NCBI GenBank assembly: GCA_964016885.1
Contig: OZ024742.1
Coordinates: 318,060,001-318,124,000, forward strand
Direction of reading: 5' to 3'
Source of the DNA: Eledone cirrhosa
Taxonomy: Eukaryota
DNA: 64,000 nucleotides
In this document: positions 1 through 11,368 of the stretch, one piece after another
Layout of the letters: every line of letters begins with the position of its first letter
Numbering within the stretch: position 1 is the first letter of the stretch
Notes under the pieces: model-generated
Databases searched by the model: none
What the model was told of the DNA's origin: nothing
Seen by the model: only the letters and a program-made list of their open reading frames with translations
Position numbers and translations under genes: made by a program

Positions 1-10
1 CTTTCTTCCA

Positions 11-205
11 CAGACCTGCCAACCTCTAAAACCCCAAACGGGGAGTACCATGAAAAAAAATGCCCCAAAACGGGGAGAAATGAGGCAAAATGGGGAGATT
101 TTACATAATGAAAGCTATACCCATTTTCACAAGAGAAGACAACTCTGACCCATCCCAAGTGGGTGGAAGATCTCCCCCGTTGGACGGGGAAAGTTGATAG
201 GTCTG
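11..205. mobile_element. MITE with CAGACCTGCCAAC terminal inverted repeats and 6-bp target site duplication
   Basis: Starts CAGACCTGCCAAC, ends GTTGATAGGTCTG; CTTCCA at both 5-10 and 206-211; second copy at 56770-57094. Confidence 0.8.
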
Positions 206-1109
206 CTTCCAATTTAAAATATTTTATGAAATTTTTGGATATTTTGTTTTCAAAAGTAACCAATTTGATTTTTGGTTTTATCGTTTCGTGTATATATACT
301 GAGTAAATTTGATATTAATAACAATTTTTATCTTTGAATTTCTTTTTCATTGTTAACGAAAGTTAATGTATTTATTTACTCAGTGAATAAAAACTTTAAT
401 GTTTCGCTATGTATTTACTTTGCAGATAAATAGCATGACAACGAGTTTATCGCCATTTTTAGTATGACGGTGAATTTACCAGACGATGAAATTACAGGCG
501 ATATAATTTCCTCGATATAATTACAGCGTTAAATTTACCAAACTAGATGCCACCAGACAGAGTACTAGGTTTGACTGATTCGACCTAATTTCTAGAAGTT
601 TGTACCAGTAAGACTGCAGTCTAACAGATACATACACTTGACCTGCTAGAAGTAGCTGCCAAATCCCCCTCAAATATCGCCCTAAAAGAAAGGAAAAGGT
701 AAAGCCTATAAAAGGGTGGAGCCTTGGGTACCTTTCACCCGATCCTAAGAATTTTTTGTCATCACAAGAAATGCTTACATATATTGAAGACTGGCATTCC
801 TATTTTGGGAGAGGGCTCTGAAAGAAATTTTGTGCCATCTCTCCCGATAAAATTCCTCTCGGAAGCCCTGGGAAGGACATATTAGATAATGTAATCCCAG
901 ATGTATTACAACTGAAAACAAGACAGGGTGGTTACTGCTAGAATGCCTTTTATCATAGGTCGTTCCACTCAAGGCTGACATGGGACTAAACAAAGCCATA
1001 CATATAGTAGAATATATATATGCACGCAAATGCCCTGAATTCAAATCCTGTCGAAGTCAATTTTACTTTTCGTCTTTTCTAAAACGCCTCAAGCCCCGAG
1101 CTTCATTAG

Positions 1110-1275
1110 GCTGGTGATTATCCCGATTTCCATGGGGTTAAGCGACTGAGAGTACAAGACGTCAGTCTATCGCAGGGTTAAACCACCAGCTACTGCTGGT
1201 ATTCATTTTTCAGCTGAACATACTGGAGCAATGTAAAGTGAAGTGTTTTGCTCGAGAACAGAACACAACCCAGTT
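1110..1275 (-). mobile_element. Degenerate SINE fragment
   Basis: GCTGGTATTCATTTTTCAGCTG...GGAGCAATGTAAAGTGAAGTGTTTTGCTCGAGAACA resembles the reverse complement of a widespread invertebrate SINE central domain; judged by eye. Confidence 0.45.
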
Positions 1276-1310
1276 CAGAAATCAAACCTACGACATAATG
1301 AGAGCAAGTC

Positions 1311-1466
1311 TAAGGGGTGGGAGAAGTCGATTAAATCGACCCCAGTGCGTTACTAGTACTTTGTTTTATCGATCCTGTAAGGATGAAAGGCAAAGTTAAT
1401 TTCGATGGGATTTGAAATCGGAACGTAAAGGGCCGACGCTCTACCGATACTGCCAATCCACCACCA
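1311..1466 (-). mobile_element. tRNA-derived SINE (window family)
   Basis: Reverse complement of GGTGGTGGATTGGCAGTATCGGTAGAG...TTCAAATCCC...TTTGCCTTTCATCCTTAC, shared with at least 7 other copies. Confidence 0.8.
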
Positions 1467-1483
1467 TATAGTCCAGTATATAT

Positions 1484-1640
1484 AGTTAAAACCGACCGGC
1501 TGGAGACCCAAAGCAAGATGGTCGGATAACATCGGATCAGTAGGAGACGGTTGCTTATGACAGGACCCACTGGAAGGAGTGTTTGCGGACTCTGCCCCCA
1601 AGACTATCTCAGGAATAATAATCAGTTAAAATGTGATGAT
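1484..1640 (+). pseudogene. RTE-type LINE 3' end fragment
   Basis: Encodes KPTG..., RWSDNI and WKECLRTL, matching the C-terminus of the fragment at 17594-17938. Confidence 0.55.
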
Positions 1641-2334
1641 GCATTTTTGATTTTTTCTCCTTGTTGATTTTCGTTCCTGTTTCTACCCCATAAAGAAATA
1701 TCGAAATGATAGATTACATTTAACCACTTTAACAATGAATTTGGATTTGTTAAAGACACAAAAAATAACTTTCCCAATTTTTTTTTCTTCGTACGTTCGT
1801 ATAGCTCGTAAGTAGTGAAATGGAACTAGGGGTACATTAAGGTATGTGAGACTAAGGTTGCGAAGGATGGAGTAGATGTTATAAGACATGCCTCCACAAA
1901 AAGTGAATAAAGCAGGGAAATGCCGTCCCTTATGTCGTCACTTTCTCCTTCACGCCCGATTCCATTACTAATGGTTTGTCATCACAATTGTTTTTCTACT
2001 CAATTCGATCAACTCAAGATGATAAAATCTACAGAACTATGACAAGATCACCAGTCATATAGAGGTGTTGTTTGTGAAGTGAAAACTGACAAAACATAAT
2101 ATACAGTGACTCGTTGTTAGTAGAAAGTGTAACATGTGAGGAAATGAAACTGTATTTGAAAATATTCCAGTGATGTATTCTGTACAAAAATGTACGACGA
2201 ATTGGCAAAGTCGTTAAAACGTCGGATAAAAAGCTTTGCAGTCCTTCTGGCTCTCTGAGATCAAATCCCACCAAAGTTAATTTTTCTTTTCAACCTTTCA
2301 AGTTCGATAAAAAATAAAAGTAACAGCGTCACGC

Positions 2335-2725
2335 AAATTTTGTAGATTGCATTTTTTTTTAGAATCCACGTCCTTTTGTTTTGAATTAATATACTATATC
2401 TTTGTATCTTACCCTTAAATGTTTTACCTTTAGACCCCGCTAGCATAATCTAATTTTCTAAAAAATCTTATGCTTCAGTGAACATCATCATCTCAAATAA
2501 CATTTCATGTCTTCTGAATTTCAAGTGGGTTGGTAAGTTATGTTTGACATTCAGTGGGATGGCGTATAGTACTCGTTCATTGGAGCATAACATTTTTAAA
2601 AAAATTAGATCATGCTAGCGGGGTCTCATAGATAAAAAAAATTAAGGGTCAAATACAAAGATAAAGTATATTAATTCAAAACAATAGGACGTGGATTTTT
2701 TTAAAAATACAATCTACAAAATTTA
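2335..2725. repeat. Long imperfect inverted repeat (foldback/MITE-like), arms about 150 bp
   Basis: 2335-2481 (AAATTTTGTAGATTG...AGACCCCGCTAGCAT) is the reverse complement of 2577-2725 (ATGCTAGCGGGGTCT...CAATCTACAAAATTT). Confidence 0.8.
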
Positions 2726-2789
2726 CAAGAACAAAATGGAAAAAGGGAACAGAAGAGGAGATATCAGGGGGTGAAACTACACCCTTAGC

Positions 2790-3262
2790 TGGATCACCCT
2801 CTTCCCATTCGAAGGAGGTAGATCCCTTATCTGGGATGCCACCTACTATGACACGGTCTCCGCCTCCAACTTAGTCGTTTCGGCCACAGACCCTGGCATC
2901 GCAGCCCGCCTCGGTGTTTGTCCGGCCGCTTTCTCTTCGTACCGGTCACCGTCTAAACCTCAGGTGTACTTGAACCCCGTACGGCCGAGCTCCTCCGAAA
3001 GATCGGAGCGTCGGCGGCTTGTCTGAGGAGGGAGCCCCGCGAGGTTGGGTGGCTGTTGCAGCGGATATCACTGGCCATCTTCCGGGGGAATGCTTTTGCT
3101 GTCTTGTCCGCAGCACTCCTGCCCCCTCGCCCTAGGCCCAATCACCCTCCACTCTCATCCCTCCTCTCTTCTGTGACACCAGAGCTCTTGCCATCCCCTC
3201 CCTTTCCCGTTCTTTTTTCTTTTTTTCCTTTTGTTTCCCCCTTTTTTTTTCTTACTAAATAA
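2790..3262 (+). pseudogene. CRE-clade non-LTR retrotransposon 3' end (restriction-like endonuclease)
   Basis: Translates ITLFPFEGGRSLIWDATYYDT...WLLQRISLAIFRGNAFAVL, the CRE RLE motif and terminal QRISxAIxRGNA motif, then a pyrimidine-rich 3' UTR. Confidence 0.8.
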
Positions 3263-3404
3263 GGCTTGTTTATTCACAGAATAGGGAGAAGTTTGGTGAC
3301 AAAGTATTTTAACACTGACTAGATCTAAGATAATTAAGAATATAATGCTGAAGGCGTTGACACCACACAAAGATATTAAAATTAAGTATATCAGCTGCAC
3401 CCCG

Positions 3405-3605
3405 CTTATAAGATAACCATAGCATTGCCACAGAGAACAGCTGGTGAAAGCCATAGCATCAGCCATTCTACCTCACGAGGTTCCTTCCTCAGGCGTGACG
3501 CCCTCCTCCTGATTTGGCGAAGGAAAACAATAGACAGACGACCGCGGACAACGGAGGTCTCAGTAACTAGAACTAAATGAAACCTCTCCGTTAAAGCCTG
3601 GTATT
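3405..3605 (-). pseudogene. Degenerate CRE 3' fragment
   Basis: Inverted nucleotide homology to about 6040-6230; minus strand reads WLMLWLSPAVLCGNAMVIL, a decayed RGNA motif. Confidence 0.6.
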
Positions 3606-3971
3606 TGGTAATCTTTCATTTCACCTCACGGGTCTCCTCCCTCAAGCACAGTGCTGTATTAACCATTAAGTGAAATAAGCACGTGCTTAGGATCGCAATT
3701 AAAGAGCCCACCCCCTCTCCCATAAGTATATGGGGGTACCATAATCTTTTCAATGTTTAGAACTTCTAAAGAAGAGTGGTTATACATATAAATGTAGAGC
3801 AAATATAGACAAAGGTATTAATGGAAAAATTATACTTCTTTCATCAAAAAACCATATTTATTCCTTTACAAATGTTTCGAATGAGATATCTTTTGTATAT
3901 AGTGCGTTCATGACTTGACTGAGGTTAATTAACAGTAGAAGTAACATATCGTGATAATAGCATATACGATA

Positions 3972-5020
3972 TCTTCTTCTTCGCCCATTTATTCCTGGGG
4001 GAGGCGGGGGGGGGGGGGTCATAGGGGTAGAGTCGTCGGAGTTGCCTTCTAGAACACCCTATCAGAAGCAATCGTCTCCAATTGATCTGATTGGATCTCC
4101 AAGTAAAACCGGCCGAGCTAGTGGACGTTATCAAACCCTCTTGCTCGTGGTCTGCCTCTATGTCTTCTGCTGCCAGTTGACTTTGTCCGTAAAATCTGTC
4201 AATGATTCTTTCCTTAGACATTCGGAAAGTAGCGGCTCTAACTTTAGTAATTCCCACTCACAACCCAACGATCAAGTTACGACGAAGCGAGTAAAGGCCG
4301 CCTCTAAAAAAAGCCCAATCTTCGTGGGTCTGAAAAAATTACTAAATTGGTGACTGGCGCGAATAAGACCACCAAAATATGCATTATGGTCAGATACAAT
4401 AAAAGAAACCATATCACATCGTCTTTCGTGCGGTATATCAAGGGACACGTTCAGGTCTTCAGTACAGGGACATGTTCGAGAAAATATATTGCAATCTCCT
4501 CCCAACGTCGTAAAGACTGGCGATAGGCTTGTGACCTGTCCTAGGAGCATAGAATGGACGCACAAAGATTGCGCATAAGATGGATCCAGAAGGGAGCAAA
4601 CATTAACAATTGGCAACTGGGACGTTACATCCCTAACTGGTAAGAAACAGGAACTAGTGGAGGAGGCCAGATGTTACCGGTTAGATGTAGTCAGAGTTTC
4701 CTCAACAAAGTTCTATGGTTTTCGTACCGAAAATTTGCATGAAGGGCAAAAACTACCCTGTTCGGGTGTGCTACCAGAATGACTGCATGGGTTGGCGCGA
4801 GGATTCCATTGTGAGGAGAGATGTGCCTCTTGGAGGTTAGGCTGAAAGAAAGGTCTCTGTAAATAGTACAAGTTTATGCACCAAAGAAAAAGTCCGAATA
4901 AAGACCCTTCTGTGATGAAGTCACTGCAGGTAAAACTGAGTCATATATCCTAATGGGCAACTCCAGTGTACATGTTAGTACTGATAATCTGACATGGACA
5001 GGCGTGATTGGAGGAGCGGC
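3972..5020. pseudogene. RTE-type LINE relics: 3' end on minus (3972-4230) and APE endonuclease start on plus (4600-5020)
   Basis: Minus part matches 17630-17840; plus part encodes LTIGNWDVTSLTGKKQELVEEA and VQVYAP with frameshifts. Confidence 0.65.
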
Positions 5021-5811
5021 AATCTTAATATACGTATATAAGTCACGCTATTGGTGTTTTAAGTTGTATTTATGTACAACTGCTTCAGTATCCGCGTGAG
5101 AACGCCATATATGCTTGTGTTCATACCAACAATACTTTTATTCTCCATTATTCTATAAGGTATGTTTCTAAAAATTGTTATGCTGCAATGAATATCATTT
5201 TCATTTACAAATAATCAGACCATAGCAAAAATGTACTCACTCGGATATTTCCGGCAGTGTAGAGTTCTCACACTATCTTCGAAAATTATTTTTAAATGTG
5301 TTGCTGAAATATTTAACTCTTAACATCCTGTAATAATTTAGGAGAAAATATTAAAAAACATGTTTTTTTTTAATTCGAATGTCTATAATATCCTTACTAA
5401 TTCACAGCATTAGAGTATTCAATGTTATTCAGTCAGTGTTGTTTTGTACTTTTCAAGAATGTCTTGCTATTGTAAATTCATGTTAAGAGTTTAAAAAATC
5501 GCGTTCTGTAATTGAAACTTTGTGGGTGGAAAACTGCAATGTAGTCTCAAATACAACACTACTACATTCATTCACACACCATCCAACGCTGTCTTCTTAG
5601 TCGACGGGTAGCTACCCATCTCATCGATGAGTGAACACACACACTCGTCGGAGTTGCCCTACGCCTTGGCTCCGCCTGTGTGAGTCACATAAGCACCGCT
5701 GTGGAGCCACTGTCGACATGTTTAGACAACGCAACCCTCTGGTTGTCACGGTGCTAAGTGTTTCTCTCGCCACCCTGCTCTGAAATATATTATTATTATA
5801 TTTTAAAAAAA

Positions 5812-6245
5812 CTTAGATGCTGCTGGTTTCTCGTCATAAGTGGAAACTGTCAGCTTCGACCAGAGCAATGGTAGGTGTCCGGACAAGATAACCCTTTCCC
5901 CGTTTGAAGACAAAAAGCCACTCATCTGAGACGCCATCTGATGTGACAGTTTCTCAGGTGCCAAACTTATTGCTTCGGTCATAAGCCCACGTTGTGCTGC
6001 CCGCAACGCAGAGGAGCTGAACAATACCATATAGGGAGGCAATAACGAAAATGTTTCATTCTGTGCTGGTCATTGACACCTCAGTTGTCCTCGATCTTCG
6101 GACTGTCATTTTCCTTCACTAAATCGAGATGATGGGTATCATACCTGTGGAAGGAGCCTCCGTCACGTAGAATGATTGATGCAGTAAATATCGCTGGCTG
6201 TTCTTTGTAGCAAAGCTTTTACCATCTTGTCCTTGAGGTGTAGAT
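5812..6245 (+). pseudogene. Degenerate CRE 3' end (RLE domain)
   Basis: Plus frame reads DQSNGRCPDKITLSPFEDKKPLI*DAI*CDSFS...LMQ*ISLAVLCSKAFTILS. Confidence 0.7.
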
Positions 6246-6692
6246 GACATATATTGTCCAACGGAGACAGATTCCCCCGCCTCTTTTTGTTTGTTTTCAA
6301 TCTTAATTCTTATTGTTTTATTAATTATAAATAGAGATTATTCACTGTTATTATCAAACAAATAATAATTATTATCTTATCAGCTATTATGTTGTCGGTG
6401 TTGTTTAATCAGAAAAAAAACCCAGACACTTATCTTTACATAGTGCACCGATCTGTTCTCTTTACATATATCCCCAAACTGACTCCACAAAATCATTGCC
6501 TTTAAAGAAAAGCAAATAAAATTGAAATACCTTCTCCCCCAAAGAAAACAAAGACCATACCTCACGCACGCACGCCTTTAACATTTCCGAGCCTAGTAAA
6601 TGCAACTTTGGTTTCAAAGCTTCCACAGGATAAAGATTCCTGTCCGTGTTAAAACTATTTTCTTATACTCTCAATAAAATCCATAGTTTATA

Positions 6693-6930
6693 GTGCTCGA
6701 CCGGAAGGGGTTTTTGAGTGCTCGACCGGAAGGGGTCTTTGACCGGAAGGATGCTCGACCGGAAGGGCCAGGAGAGGGCCTCTCTCTAGTGGTGACCAGC
6801 ATACGGTGAGGACGCGTTTTGGGCAGCTCCCGGTGTTAAGCAGTCGGACGCACGTGGAAGAGGAGTACCTGCAGTGGAATTTAGCGGCGCCTGTGAAAAG
6901 CGGTAAGTGAGATAGCTTTTTCTAACCACA
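6693..6930 (+). repeat. 5' LTR, missing the first ~48 bp
   Basis: Matches 10657-10894 with one visible substitution (GGATGCTC vs GGATACTC); ends TAACCACA. Confidence 0.92.
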
Positions 6931-7005
6931 AGCTGTTTCGGCGACTGAAAAAAAAAAAAAAAAAAAAAAAAAAAAGAAAACACTTGCCGCAAAACAAATC
7001 AGAAG

Positions 7006-7767
7006 ATGGCGACAAGACTACGGATGAACGAAGCTATCAGGCCATTCACCGGGGAAGGTGATGTTGTCGCTTGGCTGCGGAAGGTTCGGCTGGTCGCGGG
7101 CTTGCAGAAGATAGAAGACGTGGCCGGTCTCATTGCATTGTACCTCGAGGGCGACGCGTTGGTACTCTTCCTTGAGTTGGACGAGCACAGCCAAAGAGAT
7201 GTGCAGAAGATTGAGAGGCGTCTGATGGATGCATTCGCCGAGGGACCGTTGGCGGCTTTTGCTAAGCTGGCGAGAATCAGGTGGAATGGTGAGCGCGTCG
7301 ACATTTTCGCAGCGGAAATAAGGCGGTTGGCTATGTTGGCTGGTTACCAGGCGGAATGCGAACGCACGGTGCGGTTGGCATTCATCAATGGATTTCCGGA
7401 CGACATAGCGGTGAAACTGCAGCAAGTCCCGGGGTACAAGGAGATGGAAATGCGTTCACTGGTGGAACAAGCCCGGATCATAGCGGAAGATGCCAAAAAG
7501 AGTGTCGCGGCGATAGCGACTACGGAGGCTCAGGACACCTGGCAGCGAAATGGTCAAAGGGAGGCAACCTCGGCACGCGGCCGTTCGCGAGAATTTAGGG
7601 GCCGCTGTTTTAGGTGTCACGGCCCGCATATGGTTAGAGACTGTAGAGAGTCGAAGCCGGATATAATTTGCTACCGGTGTAAGCGACCAGGCCACATCGC
7701 TACTAACTGCGACCAGGGAAACGGTCCAAGGGGAACTACTGCGCCGGTAGTTGCCCCTTACGAGTAG
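7006..7767 (+). CDS. gag: Gag, 253 aa, with two C-terminal zinc knuckles
   Basis: PFTGEGDVVAWL capsid-like start; CFRCHGPHMVRDC and CYRCKRPGHIATNC knuckles. Confidence 0.92.
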   Translation: MATRLRMNEAIRPFTGEGDVVAWLRKVRLVAGLQKIEDVAGLIALYLEGDALVLFLELDEHSQRDVQKIERRLMDAFAEGPLAAFAKLARIRWNGERVDIFAAEIRRLAMLAGYQAECERTVRLAFINGFPDDIAVKLQQVPGYKEMEMRSLVEQARIIAEDAKKSVAAIATTEAQDTWQRNGQREATSARGRSREFRGRCFRCHGPHMVRDCRESKPDIICYRCKRPGHIATNCDQGNGPRGTTAPVVAPYE

Positions 7768-7773
7768 CGGCGC
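7716..7773 (+). promoter_or_regulatory. -1 programmed ribosomal frameshift signal: slippery G GGA AAC plus H-type pseudoknot
   Basis: Heptamer is in gag phase; pol is in the -1 frame and open from 7716; stem 7728-7739/7747-7759; loop GCGCCG pairs with CGGCGC at 7768-7773. Confidence 0.85.
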
Positions 7774-10595
7774 TGCCCGTGGTGGAAGTCTTCGTGAGGG
7801 GGAAGCCACAGCGAGCCCTCGTGGATACGGGCTGTACGACGACACTGGTGACCGCGGGGGTGGCGCAGAGGTGGGGAGGGAAGAGCAGCGTAAGGGCAGT
7901 CGACGGCAGGAAAATTGAATGCCGAGGTGGTCGCAGCGAGATGGAAATAGCGGTACGGGGAAGGACGATAAGGCTTTCCGCCATCGTGGTAGACAGTGTG
8001 GTGGATGGGATCGGCGTGGTTATGGGCATGGACGCGATTGGCCGTCTAGGGGGCGTCACGGTGAACAATGTCGGTGTGTCGTTTGGCGCCGCTGCATCGG
8101 TATGCGCTGTGAGTGCACGTCATGAGAACCAGAAGGCCCACGAGGAGCAATACCCCGCTTACACTGTACAGGACAAGGACTTCAAGGCCGTGTTTGATGG
8201 GCAGCGATGGGTTGTTGAGTGGTACTGGAAGAGAGAACCACCAACACTGAAGACCAAAGTGGGCTGCTATCAACACACATTGAAGGGAAACGCTAGGGGC
8301 GAGTTCGAGCGAGAAGTAGAGAGATGGATCGAAGAGGGCATACTGCCTCCCTGGAAGGAGGAGGTGAAGTGCGGAGTATTGCCGTTGATGGCGGTGGTGC
8401 AACCCACGAAGAGCAAGGTGAGGCCGGTGCTGGACTATCGAGAGCTGAACGAGCACGTGTCATGCCAAACGGGTGGCGATGTCACGGATGTCTGTGGGGA
8501 AACCCTGCGTGAGTGGAGACGCATGACGGGGGGTTCAGCGATCGTGGATCTAAAGTCGGCTTACTTGCAGTTGCATATAGATGAGAAGCTCTGGCGGTAT
8601 CAGCTGGTCAGGTATAAGGGCCGGACATATTGCCTGACCAGGCTCGGTTTCGGGCTGAGCTCCGCACCGAAGATCATGGCGGCGGTCCTCAAGACCGCTC
8701 TGGGGAGGGCCGACAAGATAAAGAGGGCTACTAACTCCTACATTGACGACATCCTAGTGGACGAGTCGGTGGTGTCGACGGCGGAGGTCACGGGCCATTT
8801 GCGGAGGTATGGACTGACTGCGAAGCCATCAGAAGATTTGGAGGGAGGAGCCGCGCTGGGACTTAGGCTACGGCGAGATAAGACGGGCGTTTTGGTGTTC
8901 CAGAGGGGAAACGAAGTTCCGGAACTGGGCCCAAGTATGAATAGGTGGGAGCTTTTCTCGGTGTGTGGAAAGCTGGTGGGTCACTACCCGATCGCTGGGT
9001 GGCTCCGGGCGGCATGCAGCTATGTCAAGAGACGAGCGGGAGGGGTGACCTGGAGTGACAGAGTGGGAGAGAGAACGGTGGCCATGATGCAGGAGATCGT
9101 GGGGAGGGTGAAGGCCGACGACCCAGTGCGGGGACGCTGGTACGTTCCCAAATCACGGAGCGGGACCGTATGGTGCGATGCCAGCAGCATAGCGCTGGGT
9201 GTCACGTTGGAGATAGGAGGTGTTGAGGTCGAGGATGCAGCCTGGCTTAGAAAGAAGGACGACTGCAGCCACATCAATGTGGCCGAGCTGGACGCGGTGT
9301 TGAGAGGGGTGAACCTCGCCCTGCGGTGGGGGCTGCGCACCATCGAGATACGCACCGACTCGGCTACCGTACTCGGATGGGTAAGATCAGTGCTCACCAG
9401 TGAGAAGAGAGTGCGAACGAGAGGCGCGGCGGAGATGCTGATAAAGCGCCGCCTGGGAACGTTAGGAGAGCTGGCCACCGAGTTCGACCTGAAGCTGAGC
9501 GTAGTGTTCGTGCCCTCAGAGAAAAATAGGGCGGACATCTTAACTAGAGTGAAGAAAGCCTGGATGGAAGCGCCGGAGGAGGTAGAGGATGAGATAGCTG
9601 CCGTGTGTCGGCTGACCGAGTTAGACCTGAAGGGGTTGCATGACATGCACCACATGGGGGTGGATAGGAGCCTGTTCCTAGCCAGGAGAATCGACTCGGA
9701 CGTTAGCAGACACAGTGTTCGGGGGGTGGTTAGAGGCTGCGTCCGATGTCAGTCCATTGATCCCGCCCTGGGTGTACACGAAACGGGAAGCCTCCCGGTG
9801 GATCGCGACTGGAAGCGATTAGCGGTGGATGTGACGCACTACCGGCAGGGAACGTACCTCTCGATGGTCGACTGTGGACCAGGTCGAATGGCGATATGGA
9901 GGGAGATGAAGACTGGAACGGCCGAGGAAATCGTGCGGACGTTGAGAGAGTTGTTCTTGGAGCGGGGCCCTGTGGATGAACTGCTGATGGACAACAGCGC
10001 AGCGTTCCGCTCGGAGGCACTGAGGGAGATGCTCGATGGATGGAAGGTGGACCGTTTCTTCAGAGCGGCGCACAGGCCGAGCGGGAATGGAATCGTGGAG
10101 CGACACTACCGGACGATCAAGGCAATGGCGGAGCGGGGCCATATCTCACCAATGGAGGCAGTGTTCTGATACAATATGTCCCCTCGGGTTGGACAGGTCG
10201 AGGAATCGGTGCCACACAGAGCAGTATTCAAATACGAGTGGCGGCACCCGTGCACGCCACCACAACGGCCAGTGGGGAGAGAGAGTGCATTCGTGCAGGT
10301 GGGCGAAGAAGTCTGGGTTAAGCCCCCAGATGCACGGTGCACATCTCAATGGGGAAGGGGAACGGTGACGGCCGTAAATTCAAAGAACAATGTGTCCGTG
10401 GACGGGGTACCACGTCATATCCTGGATGTAAGAAGAATCACTGTGTCGACGGACTCCGAGGAAGAGGAAACCCAAGATGAGGTGGAAACCCAGAGCCCTG
10501 CCCCAATACTACGAAGATCGCAACGGAGTCGTAGACCACCGACCTGGACGGCAGACTTTCATATGCAGAGGGACGAGGAGGAAATTGATCCTTGA
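7716..10595 (+). CDS. pol: Pol polyprotein (protease, RT, RNase H, integrase) with one in-frame TGA at 10167-10169
   Basis: LVDTGC, LDYRELN, DLKSAY, RLGFGL, YIDD, WCDAS, HHCC zinc motif, AVD/MDN/GNGIVER DDE; 10176-10595 continues in frame with an SH3-like segment and LRRSQR. Confidence 0.93.
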
Positions 10596-10608
10596 GATCA
10601 GGGGGGCG

Positions 10609-10894
10609 TGTGGGTATGGTGTGGCGTGCGGTAGCCGGGGGCGGGGGGGGGGGGGGGTGCTCGACCGGAAGGGGTTTTTGAGTGCTCGACCGGAAGGGGT
10701 CTTTGACCGGAAGGATACTCGACCGGAAGGGCCAGGAGAGGGCCTCTCTCTAGTGGTGACCAGCATACGGTGAGGACGCGTTTTGGGCAGCTCCCGGTGT
10801 TAAGCAGTCGGACGCACGTGGAAGAGGAGTACCTGCAGTGGAATTTAGCGGCGCCTGTGAAAAGCGGTAAGTGAGATAGCTTTTTCTAACCACA
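10609..10894 (+). repeat. 3' LTR, 286 bp, TG...CA
   Basis: Begins TGTGGGTA after the polypurine tract and ends TAACCACA (imperfect terminal inverted repeat); G run at 10643-10657. Confidence 0.92.
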
Positions 10895-11329
10895 CATTGC
10901 ACACAGAATAAATGATATGCATGGTTGAGCACACGATATCATCATCACAATCAGCTAGCGCCATCTGTTGCGAACCGCGCAAGTTACACGCATAGCTACC
11001 GATACCATCACCCTCACTACCAAGTACTTTATCCCCAGCTCCTCTTCTACTATATCAACAACAACCCCACCTCTCTTCTACTCTATTATCATCAGCAGCA
11101 CCTTCTATATTTCTACAAGCACCACCACCTTTCACATATTTCCCGCATACCCACATCAACCATTACTACTGTATAAAGTCATTTCCACTACAAATGGCAG
11201 ACGAAAAACATACGAAGCGAACTTAGAATGTATTCGCCACAGTAAGAATGACGAATTAATTAAATACACAAATAAAATTAGGCAAACCCTGTATCCTACT
11301 GGCATACTTATTTAACGCAAACCCACACA

Positions 11330-11368
<39 letters not shown>

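Larger units (their letters stand above)
6693..10894 (+). mobile_element. Compact Gypsy/Ty3-type LTR retrotransposon, about 4.2 kb
   Basis: Near-identical LTRs, gag, PR-RT-RNaseH-IN order, and a polypurine tract (AGGGGGG, 10600-10606) before the 3' LTR. Confidence 0.95.

Noticed and set aside
775-1000. Possible decayed Tx1/L1 C-terminus (FYRERW)
   Set aside because: Only one short motif; too degenerate to call.
6999-10370. Antisense and alternate-frame ORFs over gag-pol
   Set aside because: Expected shadows of GC-rich coding sequence; no motifs.
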